From a virus (taxonomy: Duplodnaviria; Caudoviricetes), in the IMG/VR virus record IMGVR_UViG_3300031555_002663, positions 1 through 64,000 of that record: a stretch of DNA of 64,000 nt; one strand, 5' to 3'. The first letter of the stretch is position 1, and each line of letters starts with the position of its first letter. This document shows, piece by piece, positions 35,747 through 47,221 of the stretch. The position numbers and the translations under genes were made by a program. The notes beneath the pieces were generated by a model. That model saw nothing but the letters and a program-made list of their open reading frames with translations, was not told the DNA's origin and made no database searches.

Positions 35747-37399
35747 TTGGATACTAAAATGACTCGCTCTGAAGAGGTTCATAGCAAAGGCTTCGACTTA
35801 TTTGGTTCTACATATAGCCTTCAAGATGTTGAGGATCCACTTGCTTATCGAAAGATTAAGGTCGGTCCAAAAAGTCTTGATGATGCAATTTTAAATCTTG
35901 GTAGCTATAGTGCAGATTTGCCGAAATACAATGGTATTAGTAAACGAATGATTTTGCAGGCTTTAGCTGTAAATGATTTAAAGGAACTTCGTAGAATTTC
36001 AAATTTGTTTTACAATGTAAGTGGTATGTATCAACGCGTATGTGATTATTTTGCATATCTTTATAGATACGATTGGTATGTTGTTCCAGAAGTATACGAT
36101 GATGGAACAAAAGAAGAAAAGATTTTGAAAGATTTTTCAAAGATTTTAAACTATTTAGATAATTCTTATTTGAAGAAAATGTGCGGAGATATTGCCCTCG
36201 AAGTTATTAAGAATGGTTGCTATTATGGTTATATTGTTGACAGTCCAGATGGATTGGTTTTGCAGCAATTGCCAATTGATTTCTGCCGTTCAAGATATTA
36301 TGTTGGGACAAATCCCGCAATCGAGTTTAACATGAGATTCTTCGACACTATTCCAAATGTGGCTTATAGAATGAAGGTTCTTAAATTATTCCCAGAAGAG
36401 TTTGCAAAAGGTTATATGCTGTATAAGCAAGGTAAGCTTGTTGATACAGAAGATACCAGCAGACCTTTTGGAGCATGTATGACAAACTCTGGTTGGTATT
36501 TGTTAGATCCAAATAATACCGTTAAATTTAATTTCAAAAATAGCGATGTTCCAATTTTTGTAAATTCAATTCCAGCTATGTTGGATTTGGATGCAGCCCA
36601 AGATTTAGATAGACGCAAACAAATGCAGAAACTTTTGAAAATTATTGTTCAGAAGTTACCTATGGATAAAAATGGTGATTTGATTTTTGACGTTGATGAA
36701 GCTAGAGATATCCATAATAATGCAGTTGAAATGTTAAAGCGTGCTATTGGTGTTGACGTTTTAACTACTTTTACTGATGTTGATTCTATTGACTTGTCTG
36801 ATAAAAATACTACTGCAAGTCAAGACGATTTGGAAAAGGTAGAAAGAACGGTTTATAACAATTTAGGTATTTCTAAAAATATTTTTAATACTGATGGTAA
36901 TTTATCTCTTGAAAAGTCCATTTTGAATGATGAATCTACTGTAAGAAATCTTTTATTGCAGTTTAATATGTTTATGGATAGAGTTATCAAGAAAAAGAAT
37001 ACTAATATTAAAAAGTATAATTTCAAGATTTATTTCTTGGAAACCACACAGTATAATTATCAAGCATTATCCAAGCTTTATAAAGAGCAAACTCAGCTTG
37101 GCTATTCTAAAATGTTACCACAGATTGCTCTTGGACATTCACAAAGTTTCATTCTTAATACTGCTCATTTTGAAAATGAAGTATTGCATTTAAGTGAAAT
37201 TATGATTCCTCCATTAATGAGTTCTACTTTAAGTAGTGAAGATATTTTGGGTAAAAAAGATTCAAGTGCAAGTTCTAATTCTCAAAATAATTCAGGAACG
37301 AAGAAAAACTCTACGGAATCAAAGACGGTCGGGCGTCCTGAAAAGGCCGATGATCAGAAAAGTGAAAAAACAATTTAGAATAAAGAATCAATGAGCTGA
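35747..37399 (+). CDS. portal protein (550 aa with TAG read through at 37376)
   Basis: Size and position after terL; C-terminal GRPEK motif; readthrough ends at TGA overlapping the next RBS. Confidence 0.75.
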
Positions 37400-37409
37400 G
37401 GAGGATATT

Positions 37410-38999
37410 ATGAAACATACAAGCATTAAATTAGATACGCCTTGTGAGTTTATTAATGTAACTCCTGTCAACCCTTTAATTTCTAAGTGTCAGATTAAGG
37501 TTTGTTATGTTGGTGAAGAACCTAATCGCAACAGAAGTATTATTACGAAAGAAGTGGCTACCCAAATGGCGAATAGCTTGCCAGGTAGCCCAATTGTTGG
37601 TTTTTATAACGAAGCTAAAGAAGATTTCGAAGAGCACAATCGTGTAATTGATATCTCTAATGGCGAGTTTAAAATTAAAGACACTACCAGACCTTATGGT
37701 TTCGTTGATATGAATGCAAAGGTTTGGTTCCAGAAATTTTTAGACGATGGCGTAAATGAACATGAGTATCTAATGACAGAAGGGTACATTTGGACAGGTC
37801 AATATCCAGAAAGTCAAAGAATTATTGACAAAGGAAATAACCAGTCTATGGAACTTTCTGAAAATTATTTAGATGCGACATGGACAAAAGATGATAATGG
37901 AAAACCATAGTTTTTTATTATTAATGAGGCAATAGTCTCAAAACTTTGTATTTTAGGTGAGGACTGCGAACCTTGTTTCGAAGGCTCCCAAATTGCAAAG
38001 ATTGAGTTTTCTTTCGATGATAGCTTTAAGAATCAACTTTTTGCTATGATGAATGAACTTAAAGAATATTTAAAAGAAGGAGGAGCCAAAGAAGTGTTTA
38101 CAAGATATGCAGTGGAAATCGGTGACGCTTTATGGAGTGCACTTTATAGTCACATCGAAAAGACTTATCCCGATGCACAGAACTGCTACTGCTCTGTTTA
38201 CCGCATTGAAGGAATCTTTGAGGATAACGGACAGAAGTTTGCTGTTCTTCAGAGTCGCTCTGACATGAAGTATTATCGCTTAAATTTCGCTCTTACTGAA
38301 GATACTGGTTTTGTTCCTTCCGACACCTTAATCGAAGTTACTAAGTCCTATACTCCTGCCGAAGAGCCTCAGTTTGCTCTTGACGCTGTTGAAGAGTTTG
38401 AGGCTGAGTACGCTAATAAGAAAAAGGAAGAAGAAGAGGGCAAAGATGGTGAAAACGCCAATAACAATTCTGAAGATAATTCAGAAGGTGGCGAAGAAGA
38501 AAAGTGTCCTAAGTGCGGCAAGCCTCTTGCAGAGTGCGAGTGCGACGATGAAGATAACCATGAAGACGGACCTCAGAAGACCTATAATCTTGAAGAGGTT
38601 GTTGAATATACCGAGCTAAAGGCTCAGTATGAAGAATTAGAAGCAAAGTTTAGTGCTCTCGAAACTGAGCATGAAAACCTTAAGTCTGAAGTCGAACCTT
38701 TAAAGGCTTTCAAATTAGAAGCTGAAAAGAAAGATAAGCAGGCTATGATTGATCAGTTCTATATGCTCTCTGACGAGGATAAGGCTGACGTAATTGCTAA
38801 TATTGACACTTACTCAGTGGATGACATTGAGGCAAAGCTTTCTATTATTTGTGTTCGCAACAAGGTGAGTTTCGACCTTGACGAAGATAATAAGAACAGC
38901 GGAAATCCTACCGTTTATAATTTGAATAATAACGATAGTGATGAAGCAAATGTTCCAGCATGGGTAAAATCTTTGCGTGAAACCGCAAAGTCCATGTAA
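37410..38999 (+). CDS. prohead protease/scaffold protein (529 aa with TAG read through at 37908)
   Basis: Track ORFs 37410-37910 and 38046-38999 are in one frame, joined by 45 sense codons (FFIINEAIVSKLCILGEDCEPCFEG); acidic coiled-coil C-terminus. Confidence 0.65.
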
Positions 39000-39031
39000 A
39001 ATAAAAAAACTATTAAGGAGGAAAATCTAAG

Positions 39032-39871
39032 ATGATGACAGATTTTTTAAAGAGTCGTATTACATCTCAGGCTAAGTATCCTGAAGTAGGATTTGGTCAG
39101 GTCGAGCCAAACCATTTGTCTGCTCAGTACACTGGTCAGATTTATGCTCAGTTGCCTGCCGATCCTGATATTGAGATTCTTGAACAGGGTCAGTTTGTAA
39201 AGTACGACTATGCCAATGGCCTCGTTAATTTTACTGGCGAAGGCGAATGGATGCTTGTTTATAATGAAATTAAACTTTATAGAGATTTCCAGAGAGATTG
39301 CGAATTCGCAATGTTGAAGGGTAACTATCAAGCTCGTGTTTACAGCCCACTTGATGGTACTGTAATGCAGGAGATGTATGGTCCTACTCGTTTCTTACAG
39401 GGTAAGAGAGAGGCTTATGACAATGCTACTGGCACTCTCCAGACTCTTACTGGCGAGTTGGCCTATGATGAAGTAAATAAGAAGTGGGTTCAGGCTGATG
39501 AGGATCATCCTGCTGCTGATTATTCTGTTGCTTCTACTGTTCATGATTATTATGAACTTGATGATGTAAATGCTCCTGATCTTGATGAAGTTTCTAAGAG
39601 ACTCTTCATGAAGCTCCGTGATTACAAAGAAAAGATGATGCCTGCTGGCACCACTATGGTTCCTCGTGTATTTAAGACTAACGTTGGTGACCATTATACT
39701 ACTAATATGATTAATGCAACTCCTGAAGAGCTCACTCTCGGTGCAACTTTGAAGGTTGGCGAGAAGGGTATTCTTGAACCAGGTTCTGATGAAAAGATGA
39801 CTTGGCAGGTAGTTAAGGTTTATACAATGCCCGACCATCAGCGTGGCGTTAAGATCATGCGTATCGCGTAA
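39032..39871 (+). CDS. probable head-associated (decoration) protein
   Basis: Lies between scaffold and capsid; high-expression-like codon bias. Confidence 0.5.
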   Translation: MMTDFLKSRITSQAKYPEVGFGQVEPNHLSAQYTGQIYAQLPADPDIEILEQGQFVKYDYANGLVNFTGEGEWMLVYNEIKLYRDFQRDCEFAMLKGNYQARVYSPLDGTVMQEMYGPTRFLQGKREAYDNATGTLQTLTGELAYDEVNKKWVQADEDHPAADYSVASTVHDYYELDDVNAPDLDEVSKRLFMKLRDYKEKMMPAGTTMVPRVFKTNVGDHYTTNMINATPEELTLGATLKVGEKGILEPGSDEKMTWQVVKVYTMPDHQRGVKIMRIA

Positions 39872-39888
39872 GAAAGGAGAGAAGAGTA

Positions 39889-40986
39889 ATGTTAGATAGA
39901 GCTAATTTAGTTGCTTTAATGAAGCAAGTTGCTAAGGCTGATCCTTCTGCTCCAGTTTCTTATAGCTATGGTGATCAGAATTTCAGCTATGACCAGTTGA
40001 ATGAAACTCTCCGTAAGGAGCTTAATGAATACGCTGGTACTTATTCTCTATATCGTGAGAATAAAAATTTGATTTTCTCTTTAATCGAAGAGACAATTAA
40101 CGAAATCCTTCCTAAGAAGGTTGAGCAGGCTTATATGCAGTTTGCTGAGACTAAGACCTTCAAGCAGGGCGACAAGCCTATTTTCCGTCGTAAGAGAGAT
40201 GCACGTTCTCGTGCTAAGCAGTTCGTAACTCGCGTTGGACTTGCTGGTATTTATGAAGTCTTTAAGCTCGGTCCTTCTGAGGCTGAGAGCTTCGAAGTCC
40301 GCACCTCTGCTATCGGCGGAGCTGCTCAGATTGGCTTCGAAGAGTTCCTTGATGGTCGTGTTGACTTCGCTGAAGTTACCGCTATCGTTATGGAAGGTAT
40401 GGACGAACTTATCTTTAAGGAAGTCGGCCATGCTCTTAAGGCTGCAGTAAATCAGCTTCCTCCTGCAAATATCGTTGTTACTACTGGTTTCGACGAAGAA
40501 GAATTTGATCGTCTTCTTGTTATTGCTTCTGCTTATGGCGAGCCTTCTATTTACTGCACTTACGAGTTCGCAGTTAAGATGGTTCCTTCTGAGGGCTGGA
40601 GATATACCGAGTCCATGAAGAATGAGCTTTGGAACACTGGTCATCTTGCTACTTATAAGGGCCGCAAGGTTATCATTCTTCCTCAGGGTCTTGAAGACGA
40701 GTCCAATACTCGCAAAGTAATTGATCCTGGTTATTGCTATATTATTCCTGCCGGTGCTGATAGTAAGCCTGTTAAGATTGCTTTTGAGGGTGGCGCTATT
40801 GTTGACGAATATGTTAACAAGGATCGTAGCCGTGAGATTCAGGTTTATGAAAAGGTTGGCGTAACTGCTTTGTTGGCTAACAACATTTGTGCTTATGTTG
40901 ACTTGGCTCTTGCTGGTCAGTATGACCTTCAGGGTTCTAAGTGGGATAGTACTGCATACATTGATATGACCTATCCTAACGCTTAA
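39889..40986 (+). CDS. major capsid protein
   Basis: 365 aa, strong codon bias, position in the head operon, followed by a terminator. Confidence 0.75.
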   Translation: MLDRANLVALMKQVAKADPSAPVSYSYGDQNFSYDQLNETLRKELNEYAGTYSLYRENKNLIFSLIEETINEILPKKVEQAYMQFAETKTFKQGDKPIFRRKRDARSRAKQFVTRVGLAGIYEVFKLGPSEAESFEVRTSAIGGAAQIGFEEFLDGRVDFAEVTAIVMEGMDELIFKEVGHALKAAVNQLPPANIVVTTGFDEEEFDRLLVIASAYGEPSIYCTYEFAVKMVPSEGWRYTESMKNELWNTGHLATYKGRKVIILPQGLEDESNTRKVIDPGYCYIIPAGADSKPVKIAFEGGAIVDEYVNKDRSREIQVYEKVGVTALLANNICAYVDLALAGQYDLQGSKWDSTAYIDMTYPNA

Positions 40987-41013
40987 TTAATAACCGAATA
41001 ATTAATATAATTA

Positions 41014-41049
41014 GAGGGGAGCAGGGGTATTCCCCTACTCCCCTTTTTC
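41014..41049 (+). terminator. intrinsic terminator after capsid gene
   Basis: aggggagcaggggtattcccctactccccttttt. Confidence 0.75.
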
Positions 41050-41077
41050 TTATTTTTGTGATAAAGGAGATATTAAA

Positions 41078-41665
41078 ATGAGTACAATGTACAATGTTAA
41101 AAATAGAAGTGCCGGAGTGGCTGTTTATAAGATTCCTGAGCTTGGAGTTCGTCGTAGTTTTGCCCCTGGTGAAGTAAAGCAGATTAGTGCCGAAGAGCTT
41201 GAAAAGCTTACCTATCAGCCCGGTGGCATGGCAATGCTTGCTGGCTTTTTGCAGATTATGGAACCAGAAGCAATTAAGAAGGTTGGCTTAAATCCTCAGC
41301 CTGAATATCATATGAGTGAAAAAGATATTGCTAATCTTATGATTAATGGTTCCATTGATGAATTCCTTGACTGTCTTGATTTCGCTCCTCCAGGCGTTAT
41401 TGATTTAATTAAGAAGATGAGTGTAAGTTTACCTCTTGCTGATTATCAGAAGAAATCTGCTCTTAAAGCAAAGACTGGTTTTGATTGCGATGCTGCTCTT
41501 AAGCACGTGATGGAAGAAAAGGAAGATGATGGCGAGAATACAATCCTCAAAACTTCTGGTGAGCGCAGAGTTAAGAAAGAGGAGCCTGCTGCGCCAGAGC
41601 GCAGAACCGCTCCTAAATATAATGTAGTAACTCCTACTGAAAAGAAGGAAGAAACTGCTGAGTAA
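41078..41665 (+). CDS. conserved phage morphogenesis-region protein
   Basis: 195 aa, GGAG RBS. Confidence 0.65.
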   Translation: MSTMYNVKNRSAGVAVYKIPELGVRRSFAPGEVKQISAEELEKLTYQPGGMAMLAGFLQIMEPEAIKKVGLNPQPEYHMSEKDIANLMINGSIDEFLDCLDFAPPGVIDLIKKMSVSLPLADYQKKSALKAKTGFDCDAALKHVMEEKEDDGENTILKTSGERRVKKEEPAAPERRTAPKYNVVTPTEKKEETAE

Positions 41666-41690
41666 TCTTCAAGAAAGGAGGTTGTAAATT

Positions 41691-42266
41691 TTGGGAACTA
41701 AATTTGCAACAGTATATAACCGCTTTCTTGGAAAAATTACTGATGATATGTATCTAGAATTAACTCCAGAAGATACAATTAAGGATTTGCAAAATCTTTT
41801 AGTTGATGCAATTCCTGGATTTGAATTTCCACGAATTAATCTTTATGATTATGATATTTCGGTTGTAAAGATTGCCGAAGATGAAATCGTAGAAGAAGAT
41901 TTTGTTTTGGGTGTAGTTTGGGAAGATGATTCTGGGGAATTATCAGAAGTTCCTAACGTTCTAGTCGATCGTTCTAGTTTTAATGTTGAATTAAGCTCTG
42001 AAGAAGTTAACATCTTAGCACTGTTAATGAAACAGGCTTGGGTTCAACGTCAAGTCACTTCTATTGAGAATACAAGAATGAAATATAGTGGAGCTGATTT
42101 TAAAATGACTTCACAAGCTAATCACTTGGCTAAATTGCTTTCATTATTGACAGAGTCTCGTAGAGATTCTTTCCATATGCAAAGACTTTATAAAAGGAGA
42201 AAACTTTCCAAAGATGGTTATTCATCTAACTGGTCAGTTTTACGAGAAACAAGTGCTATTAACTAA
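41691..42266 (+). CDS. probable head-tail adaptor
   Basis: TTG start after GGAGG; position after capsid. Confidence 0.5.
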   Translation: MGTKFATVYNRFLGKITDDMYLELTPEDTIKDLQNLLVDAIPGFEFPRINLYDYDISVVKIAEDEIVEEDFVLGVVWEDDSGELSEVPNVLVDRSSFNVELSSEEVNILALLMKQAWVQRQVTSIENTRMKYSGADFKMTSQANHLAKLLSLLTESRRDSFHMQRLYKRRKLSKDGYSSNWSVLRETSAIN

Positions 42267-42567
42267 ATATGATTTTTTATTCTCAGCTAATGACATTGAT
42301 AAAAATGTTAAACGCCTAACTAATCAACTTTGGAAATTAATTCCAATGAGAGAAAATGATGAAGATTGGCGTAAACAATTGGATACAGTTACTTTAGAAG
42401 TTGTGGGTCTGAATGAAATTTTCCTTTCATACCCACAATTTTTATAGCTGTTAAGTAAACTAGAAGGATTGCAACATACTGAAGAAATTGAATTTGATTT
42501 GTATCGAAAAACTGTTTTTGAAGCTATAAATTTACTTCAGGAGATTAACCGTGTCACGAGGGTATGA
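42253..42567 (+). CDS. hypothetical protein (104 aa with TAG read through at 42445)
   Basis: GTG start overlaps the upstream stop; ...PQFL*LLSKLEGL... continues to TGA overlapping the next start. Confidence 0.65.
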
Positions 42568-43654
42568 CCTTAGTGAAAAGTTGGGATACAGATTAATTCA
42601 AGGACGTTTAGGAGTATATGATAAATACAAAACAGTTGATACCATTCTCGACTCCGATTTAACTGGTATTGAAAATCAGTTTAAACGCTTAAAGCCTCGT
42701 AAAAAGTTCGGAGGTGTCCAAGACGCTCGAATCAATTACCAAGGCGGCAGTTTTCAGCAAGATAGAATGATTGCCGATAAGCGTAGATCGCTAGATCGAG
42801 CATTATGGTATTCATACCAAGGAGCGAATGTAATTAAGACTGACTCCACTGCAGAAGAGCACGTTAGAGCCTTAATTAATCCAAATAAATTAAAACAGGA
42901 CTATGATGACAAAATCATCTCTGTTGGATTCGAACATGATTTTGAACCCGGCACTGTTTTTGAATGGATTGGAACTAATACCTATTGGCTTGTTTATCTT
43001 CAAGATTTAACCGAGCTTGCATATTTTAGAGGAGATATTCGTAAATGTTCCGATGAAATTTCATGGGAAGATGAAGATGGTCTTCATAAAGCTTATGCAG
43101 CAATTAGAGGTCCAGTAGAAACAAAAATTAATTATATTCAGAAACATGGAATCAGTGTTGACACTCCAAACTTTTCTTTAAATATATTAATGCCAAAGAC
43201 TGAGTCTGCGGTGAAATATTTTCAAAGATATAAAAAATTTTATCTCCAAGGAGATAAAGATTATAATATTTGCTGGCGAGTTGAGGCAGTAGACTGGCTA
43301 AGTATGCCAGGTGTTTTAGAGATTAATGCCGTTGAGTATTATGCTAATGAAACTGAAGATGATTTAGAAAATGGCTTGGTTGGTGCATTAATTGCCGAAC
43401 CAGTATCTCCAAACACACAAGAACAAGAAGAAAATATTACAGGTCCTACATTTATTAAACCTAAGCGTGAGTATGAATTTACTTATGTCGGTAATAAAGT
43501 GGGAGAATGGTCTGTTGATAAAGACGTCCCTGTAAGCTTAGAGCAAAATGGTAAAACTGTGAGACTTCGTTGGCATGACACATATAGCGGTCAATTTGAT
43601 CTCTATTATGCAAAGGTGTTTAAAAAGACTATTGTTGTAGAGTCTTTGTTTTGA
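42551..43654 (+). CDS. probable head closure/neck protein
   Basis: 367 aa; position; C-terminal Ig-like segment. Confidence 0.5.
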   Translation: MSRGYDLSEKLGYRLIQGRLGVYDKYKTVDTILDSDLTGIENQFKRLKPRKKFGGVQDARINYQGGSFQQDRMIADKRRSLDRALWYSYQGANVIKTDSTAEEHVRALINPNKLKQDYDDKIISVGFEHDFEPGTVFEWIGTNTYWLVYLQDLTELAYFRGDIRKCSDEISWEDEDGLHKAYAAIRGPVETKINYIQKHGISVDTPNFSLNILMPKTESAVKYFQRYKKFYLQGDKDYNICWRVEAVDWLSMPGVLEINAVEYYANETEDDLENGLVGALIAEPVSPNTQEQEENITGPTFIKPKREYEFTYVGNKVGEWSVDKDVPVSLEQNGKTVRLRWHDTYSGQFDLYYAKVFKKTIVVESLF

Positions 43655-43674
43655 GTAAAAGGAGAGTATGTTAA

Positions 43675-44262
43675 ATGAAGATTAATAAAGATCCGATGCC
43701 TAAATCTTCATTCCTATCTATGGAAAAAGATATGCATCTTATTACCAATATGATGCTAAGAAATCCTCGATTAAAAAAGTTGTTGCATCATACTACACCA
43801 AGATGTTTAGAGATGCCTGCTTTGACTGAGGATCAAACCTATGATCTTATTGGTAAAAATATTAAATTAATTCCTAAACTTTATGTCGATAATTCAGTAT
43901 TGAATTATATTATTGTTAGCTTTGATAATTTTACACCAAATGCAACAAATCCAGAGTTTAGAGATAATATTATTGAATTTGACATTATTTGTCATTTTGA
44001 CCAGTGGGGCCTAAAAGATTTCCAATTGCGTCCATATAAAATTGCAGCGGAAATTGATTCAATGTTTAATGAAAAACATTTAACTGGAATCGGTACTTTA
44101 AAATTCTTAGGTGCGAATCAAATAATTCTTACTGACGAATACGCTGGTTTATGTTTAATGTACTCTGCTATTCATGGCGAAGAAGACAAGATTGATATGC
44201 TCAATCCTCGTGATCAAGAGCAGTTTGAAAAAGACTTTAAAGAATTAATGGGCCAAAAATGA
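43675..44262 (+). CDS. probable tail completion/neck protein
   Basis: 195 aa; FDIICHFDQW...RPYKIAAEIDSMFN; upstream of tail genes. Confidence 0.5.
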   Translation: MKINKDPMPKSSFLSMEKDMHLITNMMLRNPRLKKLLHHTTPRCLEMPALTEDQTYDLIGKNIKLIPKLYVDNSVLNYIIVSFDNFTPNATNPEFRDNIIEFDIICHFDQWGLKDFQLRPYKIAAEIDSMFNEKHLTGIGTLKFLGANQIILTDEYAGLCLMYSAIHGEEDKIDMLNPRDQEQFEKDFKELMGQK

Positions 44263-44987
44263 ATGATATTCGATTGGCGCTAATGTGCGGGTCGGACATC
44301 CCTATTCCTGAGATTCAAGCGGCCGTGCATTAGCCGAAAATGAAAGAAATTGCTCTTATTGGAGAAGCAGATTTTTTTGTAGCAATACAATGCTTAAACG
44401 TAGACAAAAACCTTTTACGTCAGGACAAAACACTTTTATAGAATACAAGTAATTTTTAGATATTTATGACGATAATGTCTGAGAAGGAGACAAAAGATAA
44501 GAAATTAGCAACTCAGCAATTACTACAACTTTTATTTCCTAATCATAACATTATGTTTACCCCTCGATCAATTCTTTTACAAGGAAAAGAGAATTCTTCA
44601 ACAATTGATGAATCAAATTTCGAGTTTTTGCAAGAAATTTTAAAACAAGTCTTTTGTGTTTCTAATAAAAATAATCAGCAGGCAGGTTTTAATCCAGCAA
44701 ATGAAAAAGCTCGTGAGATTGCTGAAAAGTTAATGAGAGGTAGACAAAGAGTTGCTGAACAAAACGGTTCAGCTAATGCTAGTATATTCAGCCAATATCT
44801 TTCTATATTAACTGTTGGACTTTCATCCATGTCTCTGCAAGAATTAATGGAACTAACCATGTATTAGTTATATGATTTAGTGGAAAGATATCAGCTTTAT
44901 ATTAGTTGGGACATTGATATTCGTTCTCGTTTGGCTGGAGCCAAGCCAGATGATCGTCCCGATAATTGGATGAAAAACATTCATTAA
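44259..44987 (+). CDS. tail-region protein (242 aa with 4 TAG read through)
   Basis: ATG overlaps the upstream TGA; in-frame TAG at 44331, 44439, 44457, 44865; ends TAA just before the next RBS. Confidence 0.7.
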
Positions 44988-45009
44988 TTTTTAAGGAGGA
45001 AAATAACCT

Positions 45010-46038
45010 ATGAAATTCGGTGTTCGCGAAATTTGTGACGTTGTTTTGAAGGCAAAGGCTCCTCAGAAGATTGGTAATAAGATTTTCTATAAGAACGAGC
45101 CAGTTCTTTATTTCGACACTTTAAAAACTTCTACTATGGAAGGCGCTGCTACCACTGTATATGCACAGGGTGGTCGTGGTAACTCTCGTCTCGTTGCATG
45201 GGAAGGTGAGAGAACTGTAACTTTCACTATGGAGGACGCTTTGATTTCTCCAGAAGGCTTTATGATTCTTTCTGGTGCTGGTCTTATTGAGGCCGCTGAA
45301 AATAAGCCTGTTTATCAGCACGTAACTGAAACTGTTGATGGTTCTAAGATTTCTAGAACTCAGGAAGGTATTACTATTAAGTTGAGCAAAGAGCCTTATT
45401 TGCCAATTATGACTGATGACTCTGTTGGCGTTGAAGGTAACTATGCTTATGTAATGCTAGTTAAGAATGGTGAAATCGTTTCTGAGCCTTACATTCCTGT
45501 TCATGGTGATGTTACCAAGGTTGAAGAGGGTAGCGAAGTTTACTATCTCTTGAACGTAGCTGGACATGAAAACTATGATACTCTTGAGACTGATGCTGGT
45601 TCTGAAGATCAGTATGATGTTGATGCAGACCTTACTGCTGTTGGTGCTTTTGATAGCGTAATCGTTGATTATTATGTAAAACACATTGGTGGTGCAATGC
45701 AGATCGAAATTACTCCTGACAAGTTCGGTGGTAACTACTATCTCGAAGCTTCTACTTTGTTCCGTGATCAGAACGGTGTTGACATGCCTGCAGAATTTAT
45801 CATTCCTAACTGCAAGATTCAGTCTAACTTTACATTTACTATGGCTTCTTCTGGCGATCCATCCACTTTCACTTTCACTATGGATGCATTCCCAGATTAT
45901 ACAAGATTTGACCATAGTAAGAAGGTTCTTGCTGCAATTCAGATTATTAAGGACGTAACTGGCGAAGATCTCTATCGTCTTGATACTATCCATAATTTGA
46001 CTGATGAAGGTAAGAAACACGACATTATTCTTGGTTAA
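45010..46038 (+). CDS. major tail (tube) protein
   Basis: 342 aa, strong codon bias, followed by a terminator, upstream of chaperone and tape measure. Confidence 0.65.
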   Translation: MKFGVREICDVVLKAKAPQKIGNKIFYKNEPVLYFDTLKTSTMEGAATTVYAQGGRGNSRLVAWEGERTVTFTMEDALISPEGFMILSGAGLIEAAENKPVYQHVTETVDGSKISRTQEGITIKLSKEPYLPIMTDDSVGVEGNYAYVMLVKNGEIVSEPYIPVHGDVTKVEEGSEVYYLLNVAGHENYDTLETDAGSEDQYDVDADLTAVGAFDSVIVDYYVKHIGGAMQIEITPDKFGGNYYLEASTLFRDQNGVDMPAEFIIPNCKIQSNFTFTMASSGDPSTFTFTMDAFPDYTRFDHSKKVLAAIQIIKDVTGEDLYRLDTIHNLTDEGKKHDIILG

Positions 46039-46060
46039 TAGAGAATAAATATATAAATTT

Positions 46061-46095
46061 AGGGGAGAGATAGAAATATCTCTCCCCTTATTTTT
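46061..46095 (+). terminator. intrinsic terminator
   Basis: aggggagagata-gaaa-tatctctcccct-tattttt. Confidence 0.8.
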
Positions 46096-46116
46096 GTTTA
46101 AAGGAGGAAAAGGCGT

Positions 46117-47160
46117 ATGGATTTAGTGATTCCAAATATTGCTGCAGAAGCAGAACAGTTAGGAATTCAAGAAATGTCTGAAAATGTTGTTTTAGAACAT
46201 AAAGGAGATTTAGAGTTTTTAAAACAAGCGGCTTTAGATTATAAGAGAATTGTTGACGATTTAGATGGTAGATTAAAATTATTTTCTCAAACGCTAAAAA
46301 GACAATCTCAAATACGACGTCAAGTTGGAAAAACAAATGTCCAACAGGTCGATGAATATGTTAAAAATAAAGAAAAAGTCCATGAATTTTTAATTAGCGA
46401 TATTCCAAAGCAATTATATCATGCCAGTTTTGAATTTCAAAATAAATTAAATGAATTTTTAGGTCAGCAAGTAAAGATGATATTTGTAGTTGAAGGAGCT
46501 TCTGGACCAGAACTTTATGAAATGACTTCTGAAGAAATATTACGATTTGACTATAGTAGTTCGAATCAATTGTCTGCTCGTTATAAAGTTACAAGTGATG
46601 ATCTTGGAAAGTCATTAAAACATTTAGAAATTACTGAATCAAATTTGAATTTTAGTTTGACAGGATTAAAAACTACATATTCAGAAGTACTTGCAAGATA
46701 TCGTATCAGCAGAAGTAAAAATTTAAGATTGCTCATGTGGAAGCCTGGTAATTCTTGGAAGAAAATGACTATTTCTGCTGAGGGCGATATTAATGAGGCT
46801 TATGCTGCTTTTGTATTTTTAAATAAAGTGTCTCCATCATTTAAAAAAAGTATGGAGTATAATATTGGAGATTTTGCTCAAGGCGTAGCAGCGGTAGATA
46901 ATATGTCAGGTTTATTAAAAGGTGACGTTAGTGTTGGAAATATTGAGTATGGTATTAAATCTGCAGATGCATCAGCTCTTGGTTTAAAACAGATGGAAAA
47001 ATTGGCGAATCAAATTCTTATGGAAGATTTTGGTCCAGATTCTTTGCAAAAAATTCAACAAAAATTAGCTTCAAGAGCGAAAACCCGTAACCATATTTCT
47101 GATTTAGTTAATAACACCACAGATGAACTTTTAGAAATTATTGATCCAAGAGTGCAATAA
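46117..47160 (+). CDS. hypothetical protein inserted in the tail module
   Basis: 347 aa, GGAGG RBS. Confidence 0.65.
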   Translation: MDLVIPNIAAEAEQLGIQEMSENVVLEHKGDLEFLKQAALDYKRIVDDLDGRLKLFSQTLKRQSQIRRQVGKTNVQQVDEYVKNKEKVHEFLISDIPKQLYHASFEFQNKLNEFLGQQVKMIFVVEGASGPELYEMTSEEILRFDYSSSNQLSARYKVTSDDLGKSLKHLEITESNLNFSLTGLKTTYSEVLARYRISRSKNLRLLMWKPGNSWKKMTISAEGDINEAYAAFVFLNKVSPSFKKSMEYNIGDFAQGVAAVDNMSGLLKGDVSVGNIEYGIKSADASALGLKQMEKLANQILMEDFGPDSLQKIQQKLASRAKTRNHISDLVNNTTDELLEIIDPRVQ

Positions 47161-47161
47161 C

Positions 47162-47190
47162 TTGACAAGACAAAAAAATTATGTTACAAT
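47162..47190 (+). promoter_or_regulatory. sigmaA-type promoter
   Basis: TTGACA-17-TACAAT with TG extension. Confidence 0.6.
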
Positions 47191-47221
47191 ATAATAAGAA
47201 GAGTAAAAGGAGGTAAATGAA

